DNA of 64,000 nucleotides from an uncultured Acidobacteriota bacterium (GTDB lineage: Bacteria > Acidobacteriota > Polarisedimenticolia > J045), in NCBI GenBank assembly GCA_963702425.1, contig CAVPCQ010000023.1:1-64000 (forward strand). Reading direction: 5' to 3'. Under the pieces are notes generated by a model, which was not told the origin of the DNA, did no database searches, and worked only from the letters and a program-made list of their open reading frames with translations. The position numbers and the translations under genes are program-made. This document shows, piece by piece, positions 1 to 10,800 of this stretch (within the stretch, counting starts at the first letter, position 1; each line of letters opens with the position of its first letter).

Positions 1-3000
1 CTGTGGGCCACGGTGACGAGGTCGAGATCCACGAACGCCACCGTGCCGCGGCGCGCCGCGTCCCAGGGCGTCCGGTGGGTGTAGCCCGGCGGGCCCAGCG
101 CGACCAGCAGCCGGGCGCCGTCCGGCGCCAGGAAGAGCGCCGAGGGCGCGCCGTCGAGCGGCAGGCTCCACCGCACCAGTCCCGTCTCTGCGTCGAGCGC
201 GTGGATCCGGTTGGCACCGGGCTCGGCGAGGTAGATCCGGCGCCGGGGGGCGTCGAACGACGCTCCGGGGGAACGGAAGACGTACCGGAGGATCGGGTCC
301 ATCCCGCCGGGTTCGCTGGGATCGGGCACGAACGCGACGTCGGCGCGTGCCTCGGTCATGGCTGCCAGGCCCGACGGATCGGCGACGTGGACCCGGGCGA
401 AGAACGAGCCGGCCCTCGCGTACCGCCGCTCGGTCGAGGGGGACGAGGTGAACGGCGTGTCCCACGTACCGTCCCCTTCGTAGTCCCAGCGGTAACGCAG
501 CCCGGCCGCCCCGCTGTCGGGATCGGAGCTGGCCGACGCGTCGAGCACGAACGTCGTCCCGGTCGTCCCGCCGGCGCTGGGCGACACCGCGAGGGCGGCG
601 CTCGGCGGCCGGTTCGTGCCGCCGTCCGGCGCCGGGTGGGGCAGCCGCTCGATCCTCACGCGCGCGGCGTCGCTGCCGATTGCGACGACCACGTCGCCGG
701 CGAAGACGAGCGCCAGCGCCGGCGCCGCGAGCCGTGTGCCGCCGAACGGCAGCAGCGTGCTGGTGTTGAGGTATTCGAGGTCCGGCCCCCGCGCGTTGGC
801 GCGCGTCAGGCGCGGAAGGTCGAAGGCCGTCAGGTAGAACGACGCCACGACGGGCTGCCGCACGAGGACGAGGTCCTGGTCCGCCGTCTCGGCCAGCGCC
901 AGCTCGTAGTCGGTGCCCGTCACGAGCCGCTCGCCACCGGGGACGAAGAAGACGCGCTCCGATCCGGTGGTCGAGCTGGAGCACCGCGTGACCGAGACGC
1001 TGCCGCTCGCGGTCAGCTCGAAGCGGCAGACGGATCCCGAGCGGATCCCGTAGAAGCGCTGCCCGGAGGGGTGCGGCTCCAGCGTGATGGCCTTCACGCT
1101 CGTCGACCGGATCGCACCGGTCACCGGATCGATGCGGTCCACGCTGGGGTCGTCGTAGCTGGACTCCCGGCGTAGCGAGAGCACGGCCGCCGGCGTGGCG
1201 GCGAGGCCGAACGAGCCCTTCGCAAGCGCGAACTGCCGGTCACGGACCTGCCGCGCGAGGTCGATCGAAGCGAGCTGGGAGTCGCGCGTCGGAAGGTAGC
1301 CGCCGGTTTCGCGGATCGTCAGCGCGATCCACAGCCGCGCTCCGTCGGACGAGAGCGCCAGCTCGTCGGGGCGGCCGCTGAACTCGAAGACGCGCTCGGC
1401 CAGGCCGCTGGCGAGGTCGACCGCCACGACACGGCGACCCGCGGGGTCGGCGATCCAGGCCCGGCCGCGCGGGGCGTCGATCACCGCCCGCTGCGCCCCG
1501 AACGGCAGCTCGTACGGTGCGTGGACGAAGCCGGGAGCACCGACCGTCTCCGGCTCGCACTCGTCCCCGACTCCGTCCGCGTCGGCGTCGATCTGGCGCG
1601 CGTTCCAGAGCGCCGGGCAGTTGTCGCAGGCGTCGCCGTCGCCGTCCGCGTCCGCGTCCTGTTGGCCGGGGTTGGCGACGAAGGTGCAGTTGTCGCGGTC
1701 ATCGAACAGGCCGTCGCCGTCGGTGTCCTCGCAGGCGTCGCCCACGCCGTCGCCGTCGCCGTCCTGCTGACCGGGGTTGGGGGTCGCCGGGCAGTTGTCG
1801 CACAGGTCGCCGCGCGCGTCCGCATCGGCGTCGGCCTGGTCCGCGTTCGGAAGGGTCGCGCAGTTGTCGCGCGCGTCGGTCAGCCCGTCGCCGTCCGAGT
1901 CCTCGCAGGCGTCGCCGGTTCCGTCGCCGTCCTGGTCCCCCTGCTGCGGATCGAAGACGAGGGGGCAGCGGTCGGCCGGGTCCGCGACGCGATCGCCGTC
2001 GCCGTCGGCCACGGCCGGGTCGGTGCCGCGCTCGAGCTCGGCCGCGTTCGGCAGGCCGTCGCCGTCCGCGTCGGCCGCCGGGTCGAGGAACGCGATCACA
2101 GGCTGCACGCCGCGGACGACGACGTCGTCGACGAACCAGCCCGCGCTCGGGTAGTACAACTCCCGGGAGAGCCAGAATCCAAGCTTGACCTCCTGCCCCG
2201 CGTAGGAGGCAAGGTCCAGCTCGATCCGGTCGTAGTCGGCACCGGAGGCCGTCGGTCGGCCGATCCAAGCCCAGCTCGCCCCTCCGTCGGTGGAGATCGT
2301 GACGCGTCCCAGCCAGTAGAAGGAGTCGATCCAGCTGGCGAATTCGAGACGGGGCTGGCCGGCGGCCAGGCGGTAGCTCGCGGAGACGAGCCGCGACTCC
2401 TCCCCGTACCCCGTCGGCTTCACGAACCCCGTGCTCCAGGTGGAGCGCCCCGACGCGGCCCGGCCCGGCCCGCCAACCGGCTCGCCGAGCCCCCACGCCA
2501 TGACGCTGCGTGGATCGACCGAGAAGCCGCTCGGCGTCTCGAAATCCTCGCGCACGACGCCGGTGAAGCGGATCCCGATCACTTCAGTGTCGATCCCCGT
2601 CAGATCCACCCGCTCCGCGACGGCGTCGCGCACGTCGAGCACGACCAGGCCGCCGACGAACTCGACCAGCGCGCGCTGGGTGCCGCCGCCCGCGACGAGC
2701 AGGCCCTCGCGCGCCGTCTCGGCGAAGACGGCCGAACCGCCGAGCGCCAGCGTGATGCGGACATCGGCCTGGTCGGGGAGCAGGTTCCCCGCGTCATCCA
2801 CCAGCCGCACCGTGATCGTCGCCGCACCGCCGGCAAGCACCGTCGCTGTTCCCTGGGCCTCGGCCGTCAGCGGGATCCCGAAGCGGTCGCACGCGTCGCC
2901 GATCCCGTCGCTGTCGGAGTCTTCCTGGCCGGGATTCGCGGTGTCAGGGCAGTTGTCACGGGCGTCCGGAACGCCGTCGCCGTCGGGATCCTCGCAGGCG

Positions 3001-4349
3001 TCGCCAGGCCCGCCGGGATGCACCGTGTCGGCCTGGTAGGGGTCGTAGGCGGCCGGGCAGCTATCGCACGGATCGCCGCGGCCGTCGCCATCGCCGTCGG
3101 CCTGCGCCGGATTCGGCAGGTCGGGGCAGTTGTCGCGCGGGTCCACCACGCCGTCTTCGTCGCGGTCCTCGCACGCGTCGCCGGTCCCGTCGCCGTCGCT
3201 GTCCTCCTGGGAGTAGTTGTATTCGGTCGGGCAGTTGTCCGTACGATCCCATGCCGCGTCCTGATCGGTATCGACGTCGAAGAGATCGGTGCCTCGCTCG
3301 AGTTCTTCCCGGTTCGTCAGGCCATCGTCGTCCGCATCGGCATCCGGGTCGAGAAAATCAATGGAGCACGGAATCCCCTCGATCGCGAACTCATCGATGT
3401 ACCAGCCGGGGTTCGGGGCGTAGCGCCCGACGAGCAACCAGCGGAAGCTGACGTGCTGCCCGGCGAGCCACGAGATATCGATCACGCGACGATCCCAGCC
3501 GAACCAGGAGGTGTCGCCGTAGGGCTCATCGAGCGCCTGCCACGACTGGCCTCTGTCCGTCGTGACCGCGAGCTCGCCCCAGTCGCAGCATCCGCCGTGG
3601 AACCAGCTGCTGTAGGCCAGCTTCAGCGGTCCCTGCGTCGGGAGATCGAAGCCCGCTGAATACAGCCCCGACCAGCTGGGGACGGGGTAGTCCCCGGAGA
3701 GCCAGGCCGCCCACACGCGCTCTCCCGAGGCGGCAGCGGCGGGCCCTCGGACCGGGATCCCCCACTCCCAGTAGCCGTTCTCCATGAGGCCCCCGGGCGT
3801 CGATTCGAAGTCCTCGACAACCGCGTCCTCGAAGGTGATCCCCAGGCCGGCGCTGTCTTCGCCCCCAAGCCGGATCCGCTCGGCCGTCGTGTCGCGTACC
3901 TCGAGCACCACGACCCCGTCGACGAACTCGACGAGCGCGCGGTTCGTCCCGGTCCCGTCGAGCAGCCGGCCGGCGGCAGCTGCGGTAAAGACCGCGTGGC
4001 CGTCGAGCGTGAGCGTGGCCAGGATGCCGGTGAGCTGTCCCTGCAGGGTTCCGAGTGGCTTGACCAGCCGGTAGTGAGCTGTCGCCGCCTCCCCGGCCAG
4101 CTTCCACTCCTCGATATCCGCCCGGATCCGCAGGTCGAGGTCCGGGTACGGATCGCAGGCATCGCCGAGACGATCGCCGTCCTGGTTCTCCTGCCCGCCG
4201 TTCCAGACGGTCGGGCAGTTGTCGTAGGCGTCCTCGACGAAATCGCCGTCCTGGTCCGAGACCTGCGCGACGACGGCCGACACGACCAGCAGCAGGGCGA
4301 GCGCGAGCAGCGCCGCCCGGGCCGGCAGGGACCTCACCCGGTTCGACAT
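1..4349 (-). CDS. Giant secreted/surface protein, paralog A (partial, runs off the left edge): TSP3 Ca-binding repeats, jelly-roll domains, beta-propeller and PKD
   Basis: Absent from the ORF track, presumably because no stop lies in the window. ATG at 4349 with RBS GGAGGGGAG. It reads MSNRVRSLPARAALLALALLLVVSAVVAQVSDQDGDFVEDAYDNCP and the same frame at the window edge reads AFVDLDLVTVAH. Collinear with the first ~1450 aa of 4814..15742. Confidence 0.9.
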   Translation of the reverse strand, partial: MSNRVRSLPARAALLALALLLVVSAVVAQVSDQDGDFVEDAYDNCPTVWNGGQENQDGDRLGDACDPYPDLDLRIRADIEEWKLAGEAATAHYRLVKPLGTLQGQLTGILATLTLDGHAVFTAAAAGRLLDGTGTNRALVEFVDGVVVLEVRDTTAERIRLGGEDSAGLGITFEDAVVEDFESTPGGLMENGYWEWGIPVRGPAAAASGERVWAAWLSGDYPVPSWSGLYSAGFDLPTQGPLKLAYSSWFHGGCCDWGELAVTTDRGQSWQALDEPYGDTSWFGWDRRVIDISWLAGQHVSFRWLLVGRYAPNPGWYIDEFAIEGIPCSIDFLDPDADADDDGLTNREELERGTDLFDVDTDQDAAWDRTDNCPTEYNYSQEDSDGDGTGDACEDRDEDGVVDPRDNCPDLPNPAQADGDGDGRGDPCDSCPAAYDPYQADTVHPGGPGDACEDPDGDGVPDARDNCPDTANPGQEDSDSDGIGDACDRFGIPLTAEAQGTATVLAGGAATITVRLVDDAGNLLPDQADVRITLALGGSAVFAETAREGLLVAGGGTQRALVEFVGGLVVLDVRDAVAERVDLTGIDTEVIGIRFTGVVREDFETPSGFSVDPRSVMAWGLGEPVGGPGRAASGRSTWSTGFVKPTGYGEESRLVSASYRLAAGQPRLEFASWIDSFYWLGRVTISTDGGASWAWIGRPTASGADYDRIELDLASYAGQEVKLGFWLSRELYYPSAGWFVDDVVVRGVQPVIAFLDPAADADGDGLPNAAELERGTDPAVADGDGDRVADPADRCPLVFDPQQGDQDGDGTGDACEDSDGDGLTDARDNCATLPNADQADADADARGDLCDNCPATPNPGQQDGDGDGVGDACEDTDGDGLFDDRDNCTFVANPGQQDADADGDGDACDNCPALWNARQIDADADGVGDECEPETVGAPGFVHAPYELPFGAQRAVIDAPRGRAWIADPAGRRVVAVDLASGLAERVFEFSGRPDELALSSDGARLWIALTIRETGGYLPTRDSQLASIDLARQVRDRQFALAKGSFGLAATPAAVLSLRRESSYDDPSVDRIDPVTGAIRSTSVKAITLEPHPSGQRFYGIRSGSVCRFELTASGSVSVTRCSSSTTGSERVFFVPGGERLVTGTDYELALAETADQDLVLVRQPVVASFYLTAFDLPRLTRANARGPDLEYLNTSTLLPFGGTRLAAPALALVFAGDVVVAIGSDAARVRIERLPHPAPDGGTNRPPSAALAVSPSAGGTTGTTFVLDASASSDPDSGAAGLRYRWDYEGDGTWDTPFTSSPSTERRYARAGSFFARVHVADPSGLAAMTEARADVAFVPDPSEPGGMDPILRYVFRSPGASFDAPRRRIYLAEPGANRIHALDAETGLVRWSLPLDGAPSALFLAPDGARLLVALGPPGYTHRTPWDAARRGTVAFVDLDLVTVAH

Positions 4350-4374
4350 AGGGACTCCCCTCCACGGATGTCCA

Positions 4375-4440
4375 GGATCGGGGCCATTTACCGATTCTTT
4401 AGACGTCGGGAAGGTACCACCACGTGCCGGGCCGGGATAT
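4375..4440 (-). promoter_or_regulatory. Conserved upstream motif of paralog A
   Basis: Minus strand GGTGGTAC-N18-ATCGGTAA...GGCC.CGATCC is also present upstream of paralog B (15768-15835). Confidence 0.55.
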
Positions 4441-4594
4441 CGAAAGCTGGGAGCGCAGGGAAATCCCCGGGCGCGAAGCCAACCTGGCGGGAATCGCCAG
4501 GACCCGCGCCGCTTTCAGACGGCCCCCGCAAGACCGGTCCGGGCAACCGGAACGGGTCCGGCTGCGGCGCTCCGGGAGCCTCTCGGATCTGCCG

Positions 4595-4627
4595 CATCCT
4601 ATTTTAGTTAACCATCCGTTTAGTTGA
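4595..4627. promoter_or_regulatory. TetR-operator-like relic
   Basis: CATCCTATTTTAGTTAACCATCCGTTTAGTTGA aligns with CATCCGACCGTTTGGTTGAACCGTCCGTTTGGTCA at 15946-15980. Confidence 0.45.
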
Positions 4628-4813
4628 GTCGATTATCCAGCCGGAATCTGAAGATGCCGGGCGCTGCGCGCGACGGCCCAGGGGTGCTGGTTCGCCGGGG
4701 CGCAGCGGCGGGCCGCTCGAACTTCGCGCGAGGGCGACCGCGGCGGCGACAAGGCACTCACTCCGCGTCGCCCTGCGGCGGCGTCTGGTCGGTACGGCCA
4801 TGCCAGCCCCGCC

Positions 4814-7800
4814 TCAGCGCGTCGTGAGCTCCAGCGCCGGCAGCCGTAGGGACACGCCGCAGGCGGCGTCGGGGAGCGTGTACGCTCCCCGCAGCCGCGT
4901 CGCGGCCCGTCCCGCGTTGCCGCCGCAGTCGGTCGCCACCACCGCCAGCTCGGGGTTCTTCCAGGCGCGCACCCCGCAGCGGGCGGCGATCCCGCACAGG
5001 ACCGCCTGGTCCAGCACCAGCGTTTCGTCCGACAACAGTCCGTCGCCGTCGCCGACGCTGGCGCCGTCCCACGCCACGCAGCCGTCGAGCAGGACGACCT
5101 CGTGCACGACCTCGCCGGCCGCGCCGTCGCGGTCGGCCGACTCGAACCGGACCTCAAGCGGCAGGACGAACTTCTGCCGCGGTTCGGGCTCGAGGAGCGT
5201 GACCTGCGGCGCGACGAGGTCGAGCGTGAACGGCACCTCGACGCGGCTCGCGTTCCCCGCCGGGTCGACGGCGCTCGCCACGAGCGAGTAGTCGCCGTGC
5301 GCCGTGAGCGGCCCCGGCGGCTCGAACGTCACTGCCGGCTCGGTCCCGGTGCACGCGTCCTGCGCGGACGCCTGCGGCACGACCGGCACGGCGGCCGGGC
5401 CGAGGCACTGCCCGGAAGCCGGGGAGTCGACGCGGATCGCCGGGCCGGCCCGGTCCACGACGTCGATCACGGTCTCGTCGGTGGCTGTGGCGCCGTCTGC
5501 GTCGGTCACCGTGAGGCGGAGGCTGTGTTCGCCCAACGCCAGCTCGCGCACGGCGCGGGCCGACTCGGCGAAGTGCTCCCCGCCCTCGGACCAGGCGTAC
5601 GACGCGATGTCGTCCACCGTACCGGGACTCGAATCGCCGTCCGTCGAGCGGCTGCCGTCGACCTCTGCGCGCACCTGTCCGCCTCCCGAGCACTCGAGCA
5701 CCTGATCGGGCCCGGCGACCGCGCTTGGAGCATGGTTGATGTGACGCTGCTCGATCCGCGCGCCGGGGATCGACTCGTCTCCTGCCGCGACGGAAAGCGT
5801 CTTCCCGTGCTTGCCGACCGCGATCCACGACGGTTGGTACCGCTCGCCCCCGACGAGTCGGAGCCCGTCGATGGCCACCTGCATCCATCCCGTCGGGTTG
5901 CCACAGAGAACGTGGAACTCCCTGTTCGAGAGGTCCCAGGCCAGTGACCGGATGTCTCGACCGTCGTGCGGCTTCTCGACGGGCAGGACGCCGACCAGCT
6001 CGAGGTCGTCCTCCGGCCTCTCCGACAGTCGATAGACGTCCTCCGGATCGACGACCAGCAGCGACCCGTCCGGAGCGATCCAGAGGGCGTCTCCGAACTG
6101 GGTGTACGGGTCGCGGCTCGGGCGCGAAGTGGTGCGCACGAGCGTCCCATCGGCTGCGAGATCGTAGCGCCGGATCTCAAACGGCATCAGGACGTAGACC
6201 CGGTCACCGGTCGGTGTGGCCGCCAGCGCCGTGACCTGCTGATCGAGCGGAAGATCCCGGGTCTCGGCCAGGATGCGCCCCGTGGACGGCTCGATCGCCT
6301 GCAGGGCATATCCAAGGTCCGCTATTCCAACTGCGAAAGCGACGCGAGCGTTCGCCGCGGCGATCTGTCCCGGCGGCGAGATCCCCACCCGGACATGCGA
6401 CACCTTCGTCATCGTGGCCAGATCGATGGCCGCGAGCAGCGGTCCTCGGAACTCCGTCGAATGCTCGAATCCGCCGACGAGGAGTGTCGAGCCGTCGGAC
6501 GCCATCGCGGTCCACGTCAGCCCAGCTCCCAGAGCGATGCGACGCTCGGACAGGCCGCTCGTCAGATCCACGAAGGTCACGGCCGATCCCGTTCGCTCGA
6601 TGACGGCCATCCGCGGGCGCAACGAGTCGAAGGCGACCTGGGAGGAGTACTGGTCGAACGGTACGAGGAACGGCTCGTGATCCGGAGCCGGCTCGCCGGG
6701 GTCCGGCACGAAGGTCACCTCGAGGTCGACGGACGCCTGGGCCGTCATGCCGAGGGCGTCGCGGACCTGGACGGTCACGCGCCGTGGGCCTTCGATCACG
6801 AAGCGCTCCTCGCGGATCGTCCCCGGATCGAACCCCGTGTCCCAGAACCCATCGCCGTCGAGGTCCCACCGGAGCCTCAACTCCTCGCGGGGCGTCTCGG
6901 CGTCGGCCGCGGTCGAAGCATCCAGGCGGAAGCGCGTGTTCGTCGTCCCTTCTCCCGGCGAGACCCCCAATGAGATCGAGGGGGCCAGATTGGTCGCGCC
7001 TGCCGGGAACGGATGCGGTGCCAGCCGAATCCGGTTCCGCGACGGATCCGGCCAGTCGTAGTACGTCTCCACCACGGCCAGCTCGTCACCGGAGATCCCG
7101 GCCCCGACCACTGTCCACCCGGTGCCTGACTCCTCGAGGTACATCTTTCCGACCGGCAGCAGAGTCTCGAGGTTGTAAGTCCGGAGAATCTCGTAGGAAC
7201 GGACGAACAGCTCCCGGCGGGGGGGATCGAAGAAGATGGACCCGCTCGATTCCGCGTACACCCGGTCGCCGGAGGGCCGGAGGTCGCGCACTGGATCCTC
7301 ATCGAGGACGAGCGCATCGCGTCCGGTGATCAGGTGGGTTCCATCGGGCGTCACGGCAAGGCACCCGTACCCTGGCTCGCGCCTGACTGCGCTGGGGACG
7401 AGCCCCCCCGTGGCGGCTGCGTCGAAGCGGTGCACCTTGTCGTTGTTCGGACTGCAGCCGTAGATCACGGCCCACGTCGGATGGGCGACGATCGAGCTGC
7501 CTCCCGGGAGAGGACTGGCGCCGCGAAACTCTCCCGTCGCTCCGTCGACGACCCTCACCTCGGGGGTCTCCTCCCCAACCAGCAGCGCGACACGACCATC
7601 GACCATCATGTCAGCATCGGTCACCGTCCCATCGACCGGAAACTGCCGATCGAGCACGGCCGTATCGAAATCGATCGACATCACGTGCGCTCGCGACGAC
7701 TTGGAACCGTCCTCGTCGACCATCAATTGCGGCACCGTGACGAGCAGCAGCCGAGAGAAATCGCTGGTGAGGCTCATGTGCGCCAGCGGCGCGCCGATCG

Positions 7801-10800
7801 CATACGCACGCTCGAGCAATCCGTTCTCGAGGTTCATGGACAGCAGCCGAAGTCCGTTCGCGTCGAAGATCCACGCACGCCGTCGGGCTGAATCGAAGAC
7901 GGTCCTCACACTCCCCTCATCGAGCTCATAGGGCGCGTTGGGCTCGGCGACGTCGCCAGGATCTGGCTCGAAGTACGCAGTCACGACGACCGAAGCCGCG
8001 CTCGTGAGACCGAGCTGGTCTCTCACCTGCACGGAGATCCGGTACGAGCCGGCGTACGGAAAGCGGATGGAACGGGAGTTGGATTGCTCGAAGGGCGAGT
8101 CCCAGAGCCCGTCCCCGTCGAGATCCCACCGATACGACAGCTGGCTCGGTGCGTCATCCGCATCCCGCGAACCCGACGCGTCGAGCTGGAATGTCGTGCG
8201 CGTGCTCCCGGAGGGCGACGGCGTCACGACGAGCGCCGCCTCGGGCGCCGCATTGGCGGCGCCATCCAGAGCCGGATGGTCGACGAACCGAACACGCATC
8301 CGGCCGTTCGGAGAGTAATAATGGTACCGCGCGACGAGTGCGACGCGGGCTCCGGCGATTCCGATCCAGGATTCGTCCCAGTCCCGAGTCTGACCAGGCG
8401 TCGGTTCACTGCTGATCGGCAGGCGTGTGGCGAGATTGTAGGCGTCGAGCATCCCGTTGGAGCCGAGCGTCAGGAGCGCGCTCTGCGGCGGGTCGAACGC
8501 GATCTGCCACCAGTTGCGCAGGGCCTCCTGAGCTGGGACGAGATCGGCGGCAGGATCGGGGTCGAGCTCGAGGATCTGGGGGTTGCCCGGACGCAGCAGA
8601 GCGTCCCCCGCCGGCGTGATCACCAGGCGGTAAGGGGAGCCGCTCGTTGAGACCTCCCTCGACCGCCGGAACCCCCCGTCGTCGCCTTGATCGTGACGCT
8701 CGATGCTCGTTTCCGTGGTCACATAGATCGTCCGACCGGACGGTGTCGCGACCAGGTAGAGAGGCCGCGGGGCGGTCGAGAGGGTCGCGACGATCGTGCC
8801 GTCATCCTCGATGACTTGGACGGCTCTGCCGTCCGGCGTCGAGACCGTCAGCGCAACACGCCGAGGATCGAGTACAGCGATGTCATTGACGGCGCCGTCC
8901 ACCGGGAACTGCCGATCGAGCAGGCCATTCGCGAGATCGATCGACATCACGTGCGCGCGCCAGGGATCTGGGGGCGTACTGTCAGGACAGGACTCGCAGG
9001 TCCCGCGGGTCACGATCGCGAGCCGCGAGCCGTCTGGTGGCAGTTCGAGCTGCCCTGGGTACAGACCGAGCTCATACTGGCGCTCGACGAGTCCCGTATC
9101 GAGGTTCATGGCGAGCACGCGACGCCCCGCTTCCTCGGCGATCCACAGAACCGATCGGCCGGAGTCGAACGCCACGTCGACCGGGTTGAACGGCAGCTCG
9201 TACGGGACGTGGTTGCCGAACGGCGTACCGGGGTCCGGCTCGAGTTGCACTTGCACGGTCGCGCTCGTCTCGCTGAACAGCCCGAGGCGGTCGCGCACCT
9301 GGACCCTGACCGTCCGGGTACCTGCGAACGGGTAGCGGAGCTCGACGACCGCGGTGGAAGCGAAGGGGCCGTCCCAACGCCCATCGCCGTCTGCGTCCCA
9401 GCGGAAGAGCAGCGAGGCCGCCCCATCCTCCGGATCGTCGGACAAGCTGGCGTCCAGGCGGAACGGGGTCTGCGTGCTGCCATCCGCTGCGGGCGAAATC
9501 TCGAGCCGCGCCGCGGGAGCCGTGTTCGATGCGGCGCCAGGGGCCGCATGATCGCGGACGATCAGCTCTGAGCGGCTCCACGTCAACGTGGCGACCACTA
9601 GAACTTTGTCGCCCGACAAACCAAGGAACCTCGGCCAGGTGCCGCTGGTGACGATCGGGTCCGAGCCGATCGCCAGGTAGGTCTGGAGGTTCCGGTAGAC
9701 AATCCTGCCGTTCTCCAGCGTGACGATGGTTCCATGCACGCTGTCGGGGACGATCGCTGAGTAGTAGATCGATCCCTCCGCACAGTCCCAGCAGTCCGTG
9801 AGCAGGGTGATGTCACGGGCCGGATCGTCACCGATCTGGTAGGCGTAGCTACTCTTGGAGAACAGGAAGCGGCCATCGGCGCTGACGCTCGGCTCCCCGA
9901 GCAGTGTCGGCTCCGGTCCGTTCGCCGGCTGAGCGATCCCCTCTTCATCGACCGAAAGAACGCGTGCGTTGGTCCCGTACATCGTCGTGTAGATCGCTCG
10001 CTCGGAAGGATGGAGTGCGAGCGTGTCAATGCTGGTCGTCAGCAGGGCGGAAGAGAGCTCCTGCCCGCTCGCGAGCTCCACGATGTGGAGCATCTGCGAT
10101 TCACCGCCGACGGCCGCCCAGCGCTGACCGGTCGCGTGCGCGTAGGCGATATAGGGCAGTTGGTAGTGCGCGATCTTGAGGACCGCGGCCGTATCGAACA
10201 CGGCGAGTTGCGACTGGACGACGGTTCCGTGGTAGATCGAACCCGGCGGGTCCAGGACGTCGATCAGCACGGTCAGCTTCGATCCGTCCGGTGACAAGGA
10301 CAGGCCCCGCGGTCTCCCCGAAAAGGCGAAACGGCGCTCGACGAGACCCGTTTGCGAGTTCACCACGGAGAGCGTGCGACCCTCCTGGTCGAGCAGGTAC
10401 GCTCGCGGCCGGCTCGACTCGAAGACCGCGTCGTGCGCTTCGAAGTCGAAAGCGAACGGGGCGTGCGACGGACCCGGCTCGCCCGCACTGGGCTCGAAAG
10501 CGACGGCGAACTCCTGCACCGCATCCGCGACGGCGCCGAGCCGGTCGTGAGCCTGCAGGCGGACAGCCTTGTCGCCGGCGATGTCGTAACGGATCGTCGC
10601 CACCGGATCCTCGCTCCAGGCGGTGTCCCACGTACCGTCTGTGTCGAAGTCCCATCGGAAGGACAGGCCAGAGCCCCCGTCCTCCGGATCCACCGTCCCG
10701 GAAGCGTCCAACGTCACCGTCGTATTGGTCGTTGCGCCGCTCTCGGGGGATACCGTGAAATGCGCATCCGGCGCCTGGTTCGTGGACCCGTCGGGAACCG

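Noticed and set aside
3-3659. Long plus-strand ORFs (3..1175, 1521..3659) and many similar antisense or shifted ORFs, e.g. 11801..13993, 27285..29795, 37911..41531
   Set aside because: These are shadow ORFs of real genes, expected in high-GC DNA; they are Arg/Gly/Pro-rich with no recognisable motifs.
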